DNA from: Octopus sinensis | Lineage: Eukaryota | Length of the DNA: 64,000 bases | NCBI RefSeq assembly: GCF_006345805.1 | Contig: NC_043016.1 | Span: 4,030,001-4,094,000, forward strand | Reading direction: 5' to 3' | Part shown: positions 13,256-26,189 of the stretch, piece after piece | Layout of the letters: each line of letters starts with the position of its first letter | Position numbering within the stretch: the first letter of the stretch is position 1 | Made by a program: the position numbers and the translations under genes | Notes under the pieces: model-generated | What the model was told of the DNA's origin: nothing | Database searches by the model: none | What the model saw: the letters and a program-made list of their open reading frames with translations, nothing else

Positions 13256-15099
13256 GCTTATTTTGAAAGTGGTTCTTCTGTGATTTATGTAAAAGACAGG
13301 TAAATAAATAATTAAAATATATCTGCCATCTAATTTGTGAACTCCAAATTATCCAGTTCACTGAAGCCTATTTTCCTCATATGTTCAGTCACAACTCTTA
13401 TGCATATCAATATATATCTACACATGCAAATATATGTACAGATATATAGCTACTTTCGTGTTTGTTCACCTCTCTCTCTCTTTCTCCATGCACATCCATG
13501 TGTATACATGTTTTCATATGAATTTTTGACTTCAAATGACTTTTTCACACACTTTTATGTTTTTGTCGTGAATACATCTATTGATATGTGTGTGTTCGTA
13601 CAGCTGTATTGTACATGTATGTATTTGTGTATGTACATACATGTATGTATGTGATTGTGTGTATGACTGAGTGCTTGCACTTGTACACACTTCTATATAT
13701 CCGTGTATATTTCATCACAGATGCTATTCTTCATTATTAGTGATATTCAGTACTCGGCGGTTATTCAGTTTATTCCCAAACAGCATTCCTTGTGAAGTTT
13801 AATAATGTCTGTTATACTATGACCTGACATTTTCCCCCTAATGCCTAAAACAGATTGAGTACTCTAATTGAATTTGAGAAAAAGAAAAACATTTGTTTAG
13901 TAACTAAAATAATTAAGGAGTGAAACAGCTGCTAATGAATTAACAATGACTTGGAAGATGTTTTCCATCTTTTTTTTTAATTTCAAAAATATCTTTTTGC
14001 ACATTAAAGTTTGGATTGTAAATGGTACCACAGAAGAATAAGTTATATTCATGTAAGCGATATTGTTTATCTTTTGTATAAAATATTAAAATTTTGGACA
14101 GTTTATTTAGATGATGGGATATAAACATACTCTTGTGTGTGTGTAAGATATGTATATTTCATAGTTAATTGGATGAAATACTTTGAATCTGATATGGATG
14201 GGAACAGGAGTAGAATGGATAATCTACTGGATTTTCAGATCATCATCATCATCGTTTGACATCGTCACATTATCAATCAATGTCTTGTTAAACTTCATCA
14301 TTGGCTTGAGTTTGGATAAGACTTTTGAGGGAGCATTTTATGGTCTGATGCTCTTTCTGATACCAAGCATTTTAATCTTCTCTTCGAACACACTATAATA
14401 TGGTGTGCTTCTTTAAAACTCTGAGGTACATATAGGAATTTAGTTTAACACTTCAACATTTAAACCACTCATAACTGGCCTGAATATTCTACATGTTTTT
14501 TATGCTCAAACTGACCAGATCCAGTCTTTCATACCTATACATGCATGTCAAAATCTTAAAGCTATAACATAAAGCATGATTAAATGAAATCATTATGAAT
14601 AAACAAACATTACATTTGACAGAGTAATCTAAATGGTAAGGAGTTGAAAGTATTGCTGGTGCTTCATTGCATTTCTGGTAGCTGTTCCCTGTCAAGCAAG
14701 TGATGCAGTGTCAGTGGCAGCATCACTGCTTTTACCTTCATCACTCATCCAGTGCCCCCCACCCCCCACTCTTTTGCTCTTCCTCTATATGTATGTGTGC
14801 GTGTGTGTGTCTATGTTTGTATGTATGTACGACAGAAAATGATTAGTCTTCATTCTTTAAATTTCTCTTAAGAAAACTTGCAAATATTTGTTTTGATTTA
14901 ATTTTTTCATAAGTCACTTTCTTTACTATATTACTAACATGTTCACAGATGGTCAGTTTATGTTGCTCTCAGTAAGTACAGTTGGTGATCCAGCAAATGT
15001 AAAGATTTTTATTAGTCATAGTCTATTTATTATACCAAGAAGATCTCAAAGACATCCCAATTATGGAAATGTTAATGTTGATTGTCAAAATTTTGTATC

Positions 15100-15328
15100 T
15101 TAAAGCCTTTAGCTTTAAGATTATTGTGTCAAATGTAGTGCTTATTCATTCACATTGCTTTGAATTAACCATGCATTATCTCATAGCTTTGAGAATTTGT
15201 TGATGTGATTGCTGATTTTTAAAACGACATTGTAAGTAGGTGTGAGAAGCCAGATCTAGCTGATTTGAACATAGAACAGGTGGAATATCTGGGGTAAGAT
15301 ATGGATGGTTTAAATACTAAAGGGTTGA
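15100..15328 (+). mobile_element. TTAA-type MITE
   Basis: Termini ttaaagcctttagc ... actaaagggttga (degenerate inverted ends with TTAA-like flanks). Confidence 0.65.
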
Positions 15329-15699
15329 TTTGTTGTAGATAATGTTGAATAGAGAAATAACTGATATTTTGATTTATTGAATGTTTCTTCTATTATTTCA
15401 ATATCGTTTTATTTTTTCTTGAGTACATACCTAAATTTCAGTGACACATAAGTGCTACTTGTAAGCATAAAACAACCAGTCATGCACCAGTTATAATAAA
15501 GGCAAAAAAAAAAAAATGAATAAAAAATTAAATAATTTGAGGGATAATTGAAATTTTAATTTAAAATAAATTTTAGTAAGGTTTTTGGTTATTTGCTTTT
15601 ATTATAAGTAGTGCATTAAATTAAATAATTTGAGTAATAATTGGAGCGTCTTGTGGAACAACCTAGGTAGATAGATAGATTGAGGAATAGATTGAAAAT

Positions 15700-15905
15700 A
15701 AGTTGTTTATTCCCAGGTGAGCTCTAACTAAAAGCAGACCTACGTTCAAAGGTGTTTCATTTGTAGCCATCAAATTCTGTTTTTTAGATATTATGTTCTA
15801 AGATTACATAATCCCATGTATCTTCCTTGTTTTAAGATTGCAGGATATGTTTTGAGGGAAATTTGACTGCTGTTTCCAGCTAACTGGGCAACAATGTTGA
15901 GGCTT
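15700..15905 (-). repeat. Interspersed repeat family E
   Basis: gttgtttattcccaggtgagctc...agcagaccta...ttgactgctgtttccagc. Confidence 0.45.
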
Positions 15906-15989
15906 AATTGTCATCTTTATATTGATGATAATTATATCTGTTAGTATGCTGAACATAACTCAGTGATTTTACTTCATAAACTTAAACAT

Positions 15990-16420
15990 GACATAGAAGC
16001 AACCATGTGGTTGCTTCCCAACCACATGGTTCTAGATTCAACCCCACTGTATGGCACCTTGAGCAAGCTTCTACTATAGCCTTGGGCTGACCAAAGCCTT
16101 GTGAGTGGTTATGGCAGACAGAAACTGAAAGAATCCTGTCATGTATACATATATATATATACACACACATCTGTGTGTGTGTTTGTTTCTTTGTGTGTGT
16201 CCTTCACCACTGCTTGACAACTGGTGTTGGTGTGTTTATGTCCCTGTAACTTAGCGGTTTGGCAAAAGGGAATTGATAGATTAAGGGAATGATGGATTAA
16301 GTACCAGGTTTGAGAAAAGAGAAGCAATTGGGGTTGATTCTTCCGACTAAAAATCTTTCAAGGCAGTGCCCCAGCATGGCACTTCGTCTGATGAACGAAG
16401 CAAATAAAAGTTAGAAGATA
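15990..16420 (+). mobile_element. SINE family A
   Basis: ccaaccacatggtt...ggcaccttgagcaag...gcttgacaactgg...ccccagcatggc. Confidence 0.8.
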
Positions 16421-17334
16421 AATAAAGTACAATAAAGAGTGGTCCCAGAAAGGCTGAAATTGGCGGCCTACCTTTATATTGTATTATATTGGACTGTTGT
16501 TACTGTTAAACTGCCACACAAATAGAATACAATGCAATCATAAGAATTATGTTCCTGTTTATGGTAACATCCTGAACAAGTTTGATAGTTTTATTTTCCC
16601 TTTTCCCTACCTTTTCATATCCAAACTCTCATTTAAAATGTATACAAATGATAATGAAATCTTACACACATTTGTAGAATACACAGATTTGTAGAATACA
16701 GGAAGCAGTTTGATAATTTTTATTTTTAATAGTGTGTTAATGATAAATTGATTTTAAATCTGGAATTTAAACTGGATCACTGAGACATATTCTTTACCTC
16801 TCAATGCTTTGCATTGAGATACAGCCCTCTCAATTTTCTCTTTCGTTTTGGATACCAGTGGGGAAATGGTTTATGAATGCGAGATATGTATTGATGCTAA
16901 CTGCTGGAGGAAAAGTGTGTTGTTTGGATGGTACTCCATGGTAAAAAGGAAATATGGGAAGCAGTGATGAAGGAAGATCTCAGGGTAATATCCTGAGAAA
17001 AGAGGCAATGAAAGACAAATACAAAAGCCAGTTCCTTATCAATTTATGCCAATATGAAAATAAACATTAAAATGATGAAGTTTCTTATGTTATAACCACC
17101 ATTACATTTACTGCCAATATTTATTCTAATTTTATTATATATCATTTATATTAGTTAATGTAAAGGGTAAAATTAACCATATTAGTCATTAAATTAGTGT
17201 TCGCTTTCTCAAACTTATTGTTACTTAATATTTATTATGCTGCTTATTAATCTCTCAGATTATTTTTTAATTTTGTCTACAATTAATATTTGTACTAATT
17301 AATAATAATAATAATAATAATAATAATCCTTTCT

Positions 17335-17797
17335 TTATCAGTCACAAGGGCCGACAAAAATAAGGTTGGACATTACAAGACATGAAGGAAAAAGTGGGGT
17401 TACGTAAAGTGTCGTGTAAAAAGTCAATAACAAAGAACGTGCCTAAAAGAGGGAAGTAAACCAGGGCTACGCATGGAGACCCCATGAAAAATCTACAAGC
17501 CCCGCCGACCACTAGGGCAAGAGCCTTTTCCCCATCTTTCTTTCTCAGGCCCATTGACACAGATCATCTTCGCCACATTCACCCACCTTTCAACAAATTT
17601 GCTGGAAGTCAGCACTTCTCTCTCAACCCTCACTTTCCTTTTCAGATGGTATCTGAAACGGTTGATGAAGGGTAGGCCAAAGAGGAAAGTATCTGTCTTC
17701 AGCCCATTCAGTCTAGACCACCACATAACCTCTTTCACTACAGACACGAGGCAGATGAAAATTGCCTCCCCTTGTTGCCCAAAGGAAGACTGCAGGG
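17335..17797 (-). mobile_element. Well-preserved 5'-truncated Tx1-like LINE 3' end
   Basis: Minus ORF (17493-17747) SVVKEVMWWSRLNGLKTDTFLFG...HLKRKVRVEREVL..KFVERW resembles Tx1/L1-clade ORF2 C-termini, followed by a T-rich 3' UTR and (ATT)n. Confidence 0.6.
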
Positions 17798-18030
17798 ATA
17801 ATAATAATAATAATAATAATCCTTTCTATTATAGGCACAAGGCCTGAAATTTGGGGGAGGGGGATACTTCTTTACATCAACCACAGTACTCAACTAGTAC
17901 TTCTTTTAATAACCCCAAAAGGATGAAAGGCAAAGTTGACCCTGGTGGCATTTGAACTCAGAACATAGAGACATGAAATGCTGATAAGCATTTTGCCCAG
18001 CTTGCTAACAATTTTACCAGCTTATCATCT
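17798..18030 (-). mobile_element. SINE family C
   Basis: (AAT)n-cctttctattataggcacaaggcc...ggatgaaaggcaaagttgacc...gaactcagaac...cattttgcccagcttgctaac. Confidence 0.75.
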
Positions 18031-18034
18031 TCAG

Positions 18035-18335
18035 TGATCTGATGCAGTACCAGACAGTGGCTTTCATGGCTTCTGATCTTAACTGATTGGAAGTGTTATC
18101 ATGTACATTGTTTTGTCTTGGTATAAAAGATGGGCTACAGCAAATATTCTGCTCAATACCACAGATTTGCTTGTCAGTTGTTTGACCATAACCAGTTGAG
18201 CATGTCCCTTAGTGGCTGACGATATGTGCATCTCTGATCACGAGCAGAAGTAGTGGGGGAGCATCATAGCCATGTGTCGAGAGGAATTCTTTGAGTTTGA
18301 ATAATTCACCTCTGAATGTATGAGTGTTTTGTTCA
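18035..18335. repeat. Probable interspersed repeat, unclassified (possible LINE fragment)
   Basis: Single copy in this window; recalled as a high-copy octopus repeat, not verifiable from the window alone. Confidence 0.3.
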
Positions 18336-18339
18336 TAAT

Positions 18340-18455
18340 CCTTAAACTTGACTGAGGACTGGCAAGCCAGTAGTAGGCTGCACCAAACTCCAATCTGATC
18401 AGGGGCCACTGGCATTGACCATGTTCGGATGGTGCTTTTTACATGTCACCAGCAT
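18340..18455 (-). mobile_element. RTE 3' terminal fragment
   Basis: gactgaggactggcaagcc...gctgcaccaaactccaatctgatc...ggatggtgctttt. Confidence 0.6.
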
Positions 18456-18740
18456 GGCATGCCCTCTTGCAAACATAAGATTCAATTAGAAAGGCCAGGA
18501 GGAGACATGTGGGATGGAGAGACATTGACGTGTGACAAAATATTTCCGACAAAGTACACTAAAATAATAATAATAATAAAGCTGAAGTGAAGAAAGAGTA
18601 TATAGTGTGTTTGTGTGTGTGTGTGTGGTTATATTTGGAAAGAAAGAACAAGCATATCGAAATATATCAATATGAAGTGAAACAGTTTTAATTAATAAAT
18701 AATTACAGATTAAAGAGGAAAAAGTCTACTTTTAATTACT

Positions 18741-19127
18741 ACTAGCAGTATCGCCCGGCGTTGCTCAGGTTTGTAGGGAAATAACTATAAAGCATTTTTA
18801 GAGAGTTATACCCAAAAAATAGCAAAAAGCTGGAAAAAAATGATGGTAAATTTTTTGTTAGTTAAAAAAGGTGGAGTTGCGTCCCCTAGACAGTTTGCGG
18901 TTTGTGTTTCTGATTCTCGACCCCATGTCGAATTTATCGATTTTTTTCAGAACTGGGGCAACTTTTCAAAATTTTCGCTGCGTTAGTTTTGAATTATGAC
19001 ATTGGGCTATGTGTGTGTCAAGTTTCATCAGAATCGGTTGAAAGCCGTGGTCAGGGTGAGGGTACAAGAAAACAGACACACAGAAACATGCACAGACAAA
19101 CTGCCGTTTATATATAGAGAGAAGAGA
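18741..19127 (+). mobile_element. Non-autonomous Helitron/Helentron-associated element (HINE/DINE-1-like)
   Basis: 5' ACTAGcagtatcgcccggcgttgc, internal aagtttcatcagaatcggttg, 3' cagacaaac...tttatatatag; CpG-rich relative to flanks, suggesting a young copy. Confidence 0.6.
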
Positions 19128-19699
19128 TCTATTTCCTTATGTTGTAATCAATTAGTTATTGTTGTCATTTATTATCATTGTTGTTGCTATAGTTTCTTCT
19201 TGTTATTTTCTGAGTTCTAATCTAATGTGTTTGACCAAAATATCCCTTACCATAGTCCAAATATTACTTTGGTTTCATTAATTCAGTCCATTTATTGTTT
19301 TGTTACTACAAAATGTGGCCTTGTATCTAAGCCAAAAAATACAAAAAAACTAATAGTGTACTTAGTATGCTGTTGATAATGATGTGCAGGCATGCACTCA
19401 TGCTACAGCCTCAATAAAATTCCTGGATGGTATGTTTGCGTGGTTAGACATGTTTTCTGACAGCTTGTCTCATTGACAGAGCTACTCTCCTGGATCAAGC
19501 AATGATCGTTAGTGAGTTAGATATGTGGAATGTTGTCAGCCACTCGTAGTCTTGTATCCCATCAGTCTGTATGGTTGGGTTGTATATATGGTCCCTTGCT
19601 TTCTGTAGATTCTGCTTCCTGACATTCACCTTCTTCTTTACTGCTTCTATTCTTATCTTTCTTGTGCTTCATCTTGCATAAGGTTTTTTTTTCTTTCAT

Positions 19700-19995
19700 G
19701 TATCTACTTGGACATCTTCACCCTCCTGTATTCATCCATATGCATTTTATGTTCATGTCAGCATAGCTGGCACTCTTGCACATCACAGTTGATTTCCTAT
19801 ATACCCAGTTTTCTCTCAGATCACCTATGCTTTGCCCTTCATGCAAGTAACATTAGACTTCCAGTGGGTCATGCTCACCTCTTTTCTTTCCAACCTTTGC
19901 ACGTCCTCTGCATTCAGTGTTCACATCTTGCTATTATGCAGCATCACAACTTGTATACATGTACCACACAATCTACCTGTTGTACATTCATGTTT
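19700..19995 (-). mobile_element. Highly decayed RTE C-terminal fragment
   Basis: Reverse complement aligns with 36340-36600 and 44340-44570 (gtgatgctgcataatagcaagatgtg...gagagaaaactggg). Confidence 0.55.
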
Positions 19996-20174
19996 ATACA
20001 GGCATGTGGATATACACATATACATATATATTATGTACACTTACATGCTTCAGTGTATTAATTTTCAATATAGCATGTTTTACTATAAGTCTTAGTTTCT
20101 TTCAAAGTATTTTCCTTTTACTCAGTAGTGCGCTCACACACACAAATACACACACACACACACACATGCATATA

Positions 20175-20318
20175 TATGAGTACCCATTACACTCTCAAAG
20201 TGGTTGGTGTTAGGAAGGGCACCCTGATGAGATTGGAGCCTGGTGCAGCCTACTGGCTCAGTCAAACCGTCCAACCCATGCCAGCGTGGAAAACGGATGT
20301 TAAACGATGATGATGATT
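20175..20318 (+). mobile_element. RTE 3' terminal fragment with (GAT)n tail
   Basis: cccattacactctcaaagtggttgg...cggatgttaaacgatgatgatga. Confidence 0.8.
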
Positions 20319-22924
20319 TATGTATTATATGTAAAATATAAATTCTAATCAATCCATCATTATTGGATATGATTAATGACAGGCTACTTTTGGAAATCAT
20401 AAGAGCATTTTCTCTTTTGATATGAATAGGATTGTCTGTTTAATGAAATATTCCCCTCCGAAAACATATAAATTATTTCCATAGCAAGATTTCAGATTTC
20501 CACCATGCAAGGGATTGTCTCTGGTTTTATGGTATTCATATTTAAACTAAAACCATCCATCGTTATTTTACATAAGTCTAGTGCCAAATACATTTGTAAA
20601 ATATCAATAAATTATGATATTGCTTCATTTTACTACATCCATCCAAATTTTTGATTAAGTTCGAAATTAATGGAAATGTTCAATGTATCATGAAAGAGTT
20701 AAGGTAATTTGCAGTGTGTTCTCCTGCTCAAAGATTTCAACTTGTAAACAATAAATGTTATAACATTTAACCAATGTAACATAACAAGTAGGGTTTCTTT
20801 CTCTCTTGTAGATGAGATTTTCATAGGTACCATGTAACCAATTTCTTCAGTCCATAGATATGGCTAAGTTGTTTCATGAACTCATAATGTTCAGCAATCC
20901 TTGATATTATTTTAGTGGCTATCAAGGTTAAATTGTTTCTTTTATCTTTATTTCTAGAGTATTGATAGAAGCAATACTTATAACATAGCACGTTGCTAAA
21001 ATAAACATACAGACAATAAATAAAACAGTTAAAATCTTCAAAACTAAAATTCCTGCCATAATGTCAGCACCAAGCACACTGACCCTACTGCCTATAAAAT
21101 GGCAACAATATACTCCAACATAACGGCATCTGAGAGATGAAACCTTGAAAGTCTAGAAAATAGAAAAGTTAAGGATACCTTTTTTGCAAACTTAACTATT
21201 TCAAACTGAGTATAAAGACCTCATATAAAAATATAAAAAGAATTCTAAGAAAAAAAACTACGAAAGAAAAGGTTAAATTTCTAGTAACTCTGCCAATGTC
21301 TAGAATGGCAATTTCAAAGTGAAAACTATTGGACCTAACAAACAAATAAAATGTTGTTATGAATATACTTTCTATATGTTTCTGTGTGCATCTATGTTCT
21401 ACACTGTGAAATGTCTACCAAGAATATCAAATCTATATATTGCATTTTAATTGAAAAATAGAATTTTCTCGAAAAAGTTCATTTTATATTCTCTAGATTA
21501 TATCTGTTACTTAATGCATGTCACCAGAAGTAGTTTGAAAGTATTTTTATTTACTGTCATAAATGTAAACAATGAAAAATTGAAAAGAATATAGCCATCA
21601 GTTTTTTTTATGTGACTATGTTTTTGTATGTAAATTGAAATCATTGTGGGAATGACCAGAAATCTTAGCTGATTTAGAATTTAATATTCTTTGTGTACAT
21701 ATGTGTACTTGAACTCACCAACTCATGCTGTAGATTGTAGTTAGTTGGGTTGAAAATGTAAAAACCAAATGTAAGAAATAATTATGTAGCTATATATGCA
21801 CATTTAACTTAGATGTAAATCATCATCTTTCTTAATTTCTTTTTTGTTTTTAAGAAATACACATGTCGTTATTAATCATTATGTTCTTAATTGATTACCA
21901 TCATAATCACAGTTATCCAGTCTTATTCTAGTGAAAAACTTTATTATGATTACTGAGCTGTCCACTTTTGCTTATATATCCATTTCGGTGGTGGATCTCC
22001 AACACTGTACCATCTCTGTGGATCATTTCTATTTGAAAGCTAAGCACCATCCTCAGCCCCTTAACTACCATTTTTTCATCATTCTAGCTCCCTTGTTACC
22101 GTTCTACCATTCTCACTAATATTTCATGAATGCTGGTGAAACTAAACTCCTTTATCATTTTGAATTTCATTTTTTCTTAATGACCTCCAATATAGTTTGC
22201 ATTGGAAACTACAAACTCAGTGGATCTGTTCTCTCAATTAACCCACTAGTGGTTGCTTGTCTTTGAGAACTTCAGCAGATGTAAACTTGGCATCAGTAGA
22301 GCTTTTATGCCATTCCTGGCAGAAGAAAGAAAGGAAAATCAAAAAGTCCCCCTTGCAAAGTTACCTGTTTTAGCTCTCTTTATCTTTCTCTTTATCTCTC
22401 ACTTTCTCTCTCTCTCATATATTTTGAATTGGATGCTTCTTAAAATTCTACAATATTGCATGCACTTAACATGCTTCCTTCAATCACTATATGATCAACA
22501 CTGCTGTACCTCAGGCTTTATGAGCAGTTAGCTTCTCAAAGCTAGCCACTTTCTGGCTTCCCACACCAAGATTACAGTGAAGTTTTGAGTTTGAGAAGAC
22601 AGATAGTTGTAATGGCAGATGCTGGCTTTAAGTAGTTTGCTTTCACCATTCATCTTGGACATCAAACCAAAATTGTGAAGAAACTGATATGCAAAAGAGA
22701 ATTCTGCTTGTATGTTTGGCAGTGGTGGCCCCACCGCAGACATGACACACATGTTCCTGATGTCATCCTGAAAATACTCGCAAGGCTGTTTGACAAAATT
22801 TCACTTACCAATATGGTGGGTCAAACTTTGTCATGCTACAACCACTGGTTCCTGTTGTTTCTTTCTACTTTTACAGTAAAAACAATGGCTTTTTGTACCC
22901 CATTGATCTAACAAGTTGCATACC

Positions 22925-23150
22925 TATTTCTTTACTACCCACAAGGGGCTAAACACAGAGGGGACAAACAAGAACAAACGGATTAAGTAGATTACATCGA
23001 CCCCAGTGCGTAACTGGTACTTAATTTATCGACCCCGAAAGGATGAAAGGCAAAGTCGACCTTGATGGAATTTGAACTCAGAACGTAACGGCAGACGAAA
23101 TACGGCTATGTATTTTGCCCGGCGTGCTAACGTTTCTGCCAGCTCGCCAC
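22925..23150 (-). mobile_element. SINE family C, young copy
   Basis: CpG-rich; atcgaccccgaaaggatgaaaggcaaagtcgac...ggcgtgctaacgtttctgccagctcgcc; 3' end ccccttgtgggtagtaaagaaa. Confidence 0.8.
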
Positions 23151-23941
23151 CTACCCCATGCCCACTGAACTTCATACCATCCACCTGACATTACACTTGT
23201 TACTTTCTTTCACCTGATCCTTCTCAGACCAGCAGAATTCTGGAATTTAACTTCTTTCATCATATTTTCCCCATGCCATCAACCTATAAGACATTCAGGC
23301 CCAACTTTGACCACATTGAATTTCACCTGTTTGAGTGGGACTGCAGCACCTCCAGGTATCACATACCTTTCTCTAATTAAATGATTTAAAAGAAATATAT
23401 GTTCTCACAATGTTATGTTACACCGTTATGAGATACAGTGAGGAACTTTTAAGTAATTATTGAATGTGCTGTCCTTAAAAAAAGTGGGGTGGGGTGGGGG
23501 GGGATTTAATGTCTCAGTTTGTTGCAGAGATGTCTTTACAGCTGGAAAGATACTCATAAATAGAAATAATTAATGTAATAAAAACACCACAATCTATCAT
23601 TGTATTTCATTTTATCCAATTCCAATCAAGTGATAGGAGATATGAAACATCTCAGGCTTATGTATGAAGCATTACAAGCTAGCTGTATCAGTTGGAAACA
23701 TTTTAAATAAGACACTTGGTTTATATTATTTTGTACTCTTTGTCATAAGAGAGAGATCTGCCAGGTGTCACAAGTAGAATTGAGACATGGCTGGGCAAGA
23801 ATGAGGAAGATTTGAAGAAATATTTAGATTCAGTTCAATAGTAATAAAATATTCCTTCCATCAACCTAGATCGAAATTGGTGAAAATACAGTCAAGTTGT
23901 TAAATTCCATAGATTTTTACAAATATATATATATATATATA

Positions 23942-24135
23942 GGTAAAAACGGTAAGATAACAAAAGAAAGAAAGAGACCTCAATATTATGTAAATAGAGG
24001 AAATTTATCTGTAAAATAATATGTGACGGTTATTCGGATAACCGAAGAGATGGTGGTGTGGATTTCCACCTCGGAATCCGAAACTCAGAGTTTTATCTTG
24101 GCTACTGAATAATTGTCACATATTATTTTATAGAT
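23942..24135 (+). mobile_element. ~190-bp non-coding hammerhead-bearing element inserted in (TA)n
   Basis: Bounded on both sides by (TA)n; 26-bp inverted arms 24012-24037 and 24105-24130 enclose a hammerhead core. Confidence 0.55.
24036..24098 (+). ncRNA. Type I hammerhead ribozyme motif (U4C variant in this copy)
   Basis: Helix I GGAUAA/UUAUCU; core CCGAAGA ... GAAA; helix III ACUC-A-GAGU; GUU triplet with predicted cut after 24092. Confidence 0.6.
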
Positions 24136-25149
24136 ATATATATATATATATTTTTTTTTTCTGGGAAATATTGGAAAATAAAATTATCAAATAAAGTATA
24201 AGAAAAATCTATTATTTTTCACTGTTGATGGATGTAAAGCTTATGTCAGATAGGATTTCAAAAAAGTCCTTTCTGTCAGATAACTTGATGTCATGTCATT
24301 TGACAAATTGTAGAATATTATTATCATTGAAAAGTTAAATAACATAATGAACTTATTGGAGGCTAAGCACGAAGCAAACTGCAATACTTGTTTACAATCT
24401 CCTTCTTCATCCCTCTCAAGTCTCTATCCTTCTCTCTGACTACTAGTAAGGATTGGGTAGACTTGCTTTATGTCACTAATCATTATTTCTTGCCCTTGAG
24501 AACTTCCTGCAAAATTACTGTTACTGCACTTAACATCACAAAATCTTTCATTGCATCTGAGTTTAAGGGTTTGGTTTACATCTGTTTCCTATTTCTTTGA
24601 CAGAGCTTTTTGTCCAACCTTACAGTTGTAGTTGAGTGCTGAATGAGCCTTATCCAAACCATTTTCTGTTATTTGGGGCATATTCTAAAGTTCAGTCAAG
24701 TCTTCCTTATTCTTCCTTCTGTATGTTAATGACCTGCTTCTTGTTACTTCTAAGTAGATTATATTACATTTCATTCATAATCTACCTCATAGCTAGACAT
24801 ACGCGTACACTGAATCCATGAGTAGATCCCTTGAGAAAATTCTGAAAGGAAAATATAACCTTGTGTCTTTCAACAGCGTATACACATTTCAAACAAACAA
24901 GCATGCTATTCACCTTTTATTCATAATAATGTTGGTGTTCTTCCAAGATAACAGAAGCCGACCATGCCTAATAGTCAAAGACATCATGTGTGTAGATTGT
25001 CAATCAGTTGTGATTCCAGCTATGGACACCATTTCTTTGACAATTGATGGATGGGCAGGCTAAGCCTAAACAGTAATATATATTTCTTAATATGAATTTG
25101 AAGAAATATGCTATTTTTATTGAGGACCAGAACAAAGAAGTTGCTGAGA

Positions 25150-25740
25150 GAGCAAAGTCATCGTCATTGCAGTCATCATTTAATGTCCACTCTCCATTCT
25201 GGCATAGGTTGGATGGTTTGACAGGAATTGGCAAGCCAGAAGACTGCACCAAGTTTCATTGTCTGTTTTGGCATAGTTTTTTATGGCTTGATACCCTTTC
25301 TAATGCTAACCATCTTACAAAGTGCACTGAATGCTTTTTACGGGCACCAGCACCAATGAGGTCTGTTTTGGCATGGTTTTTTTTATGGCTGGATGCCATT
25401 CCTAACACCAACCACTTTACGGAGTGAACTGGTTGCTTTTTATGTGACACCAGCACCAACCAGGTCTGCATTGGCACAGTTTTAACAGCTAGATGCCCTT
25501 CCAAATGCCAATCACTTTACAGTGTTGACTGCATACTTTTTAAGTGGCACCAGCACAAGACAAAACACCTGTGAGAGTAGGGGCTATTGCAGGAGGTGGC
25601 CTTGTGCCAGGTGACGAACGGTTATAGTGTAACAGAGGGACAGAAACAGGTATCTTGCTGAGGAGATACATGGTTACTCTAGTCAGGGGTGAGAGAGAGA
25701 AAGAGAGCAAGAATGTGAGAGTTCGAGAGAGAGAGAGAGG
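25150..25740 (-). mobile_element. RTE 3' UTR fragment with internal ~60-bp repeats
   Basis: tcatcatttaatgtccac...ggatgccattcctaacaccaaccacttt repeated three times. Confidence 0.7.
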
Positions 25741-26189
25741 GAGGGGGGATGTGCGAAGGCATACTCTCAAAGTACAAGGATGAGAATATGAATTGGAGAG
25801 CACAGTATTGCCGTGTATGAGTAGGGAGTAGGGAGTTCACATAAATGCAAAGTGGTGGGTAGGATGCAATGACTGGTGAAAACTGGGTGTATAGAGGATG
25901 ATGGGGGTGGGAGAACAAGATAGCAGTGATACATGGGACAGGATTGGGCTGCAGGAGTTAGAAGGGAGAGAAAGCATAAACATAGTGCATGAAAAAGAGG
26001 AAATGTAAGGAAGAAACAATATGTAGTTTTGTTTAGTGGAGTAGGGTGTGGGAAAAATTTTATAGTTACATGTGGGTGAAGAAAAAAAAATCATTGATGG
26101 TGTAGCATTGTTTGAGAGGGGAACAACTCACCATGCTTCATACAAAGAGCAATTTAGAAGAAGAAACAAGCAGCAATATCAAAAGTTGT

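Noticed and set aside
14949-15000. Plus-strand candidate exon DGQFMLLS(VSTVGDPAN) with TACTAAC and gtaagt; faint likeness to prolyl oligopeptidase DGRYVLLSIREGCDPVN
   Set aside because: No neighbouring prolyl oligopeptidase exons found; branch point very close to the AG; similarity too short.
19440-19490. Minus-strand GACA-AGC-UGUC-A-GAAAACAUGUC resembling a hammerhead
   Set aside because: CUGANGA is absent (UCAAUGA) and helix I cannot form.
20760-20960. Minus-strand ISRIAEH, reminiscent of a GIY-YIG helix
   Set aside because: Single short motif with no upstream YIG or RT motifs; cannot be supported.
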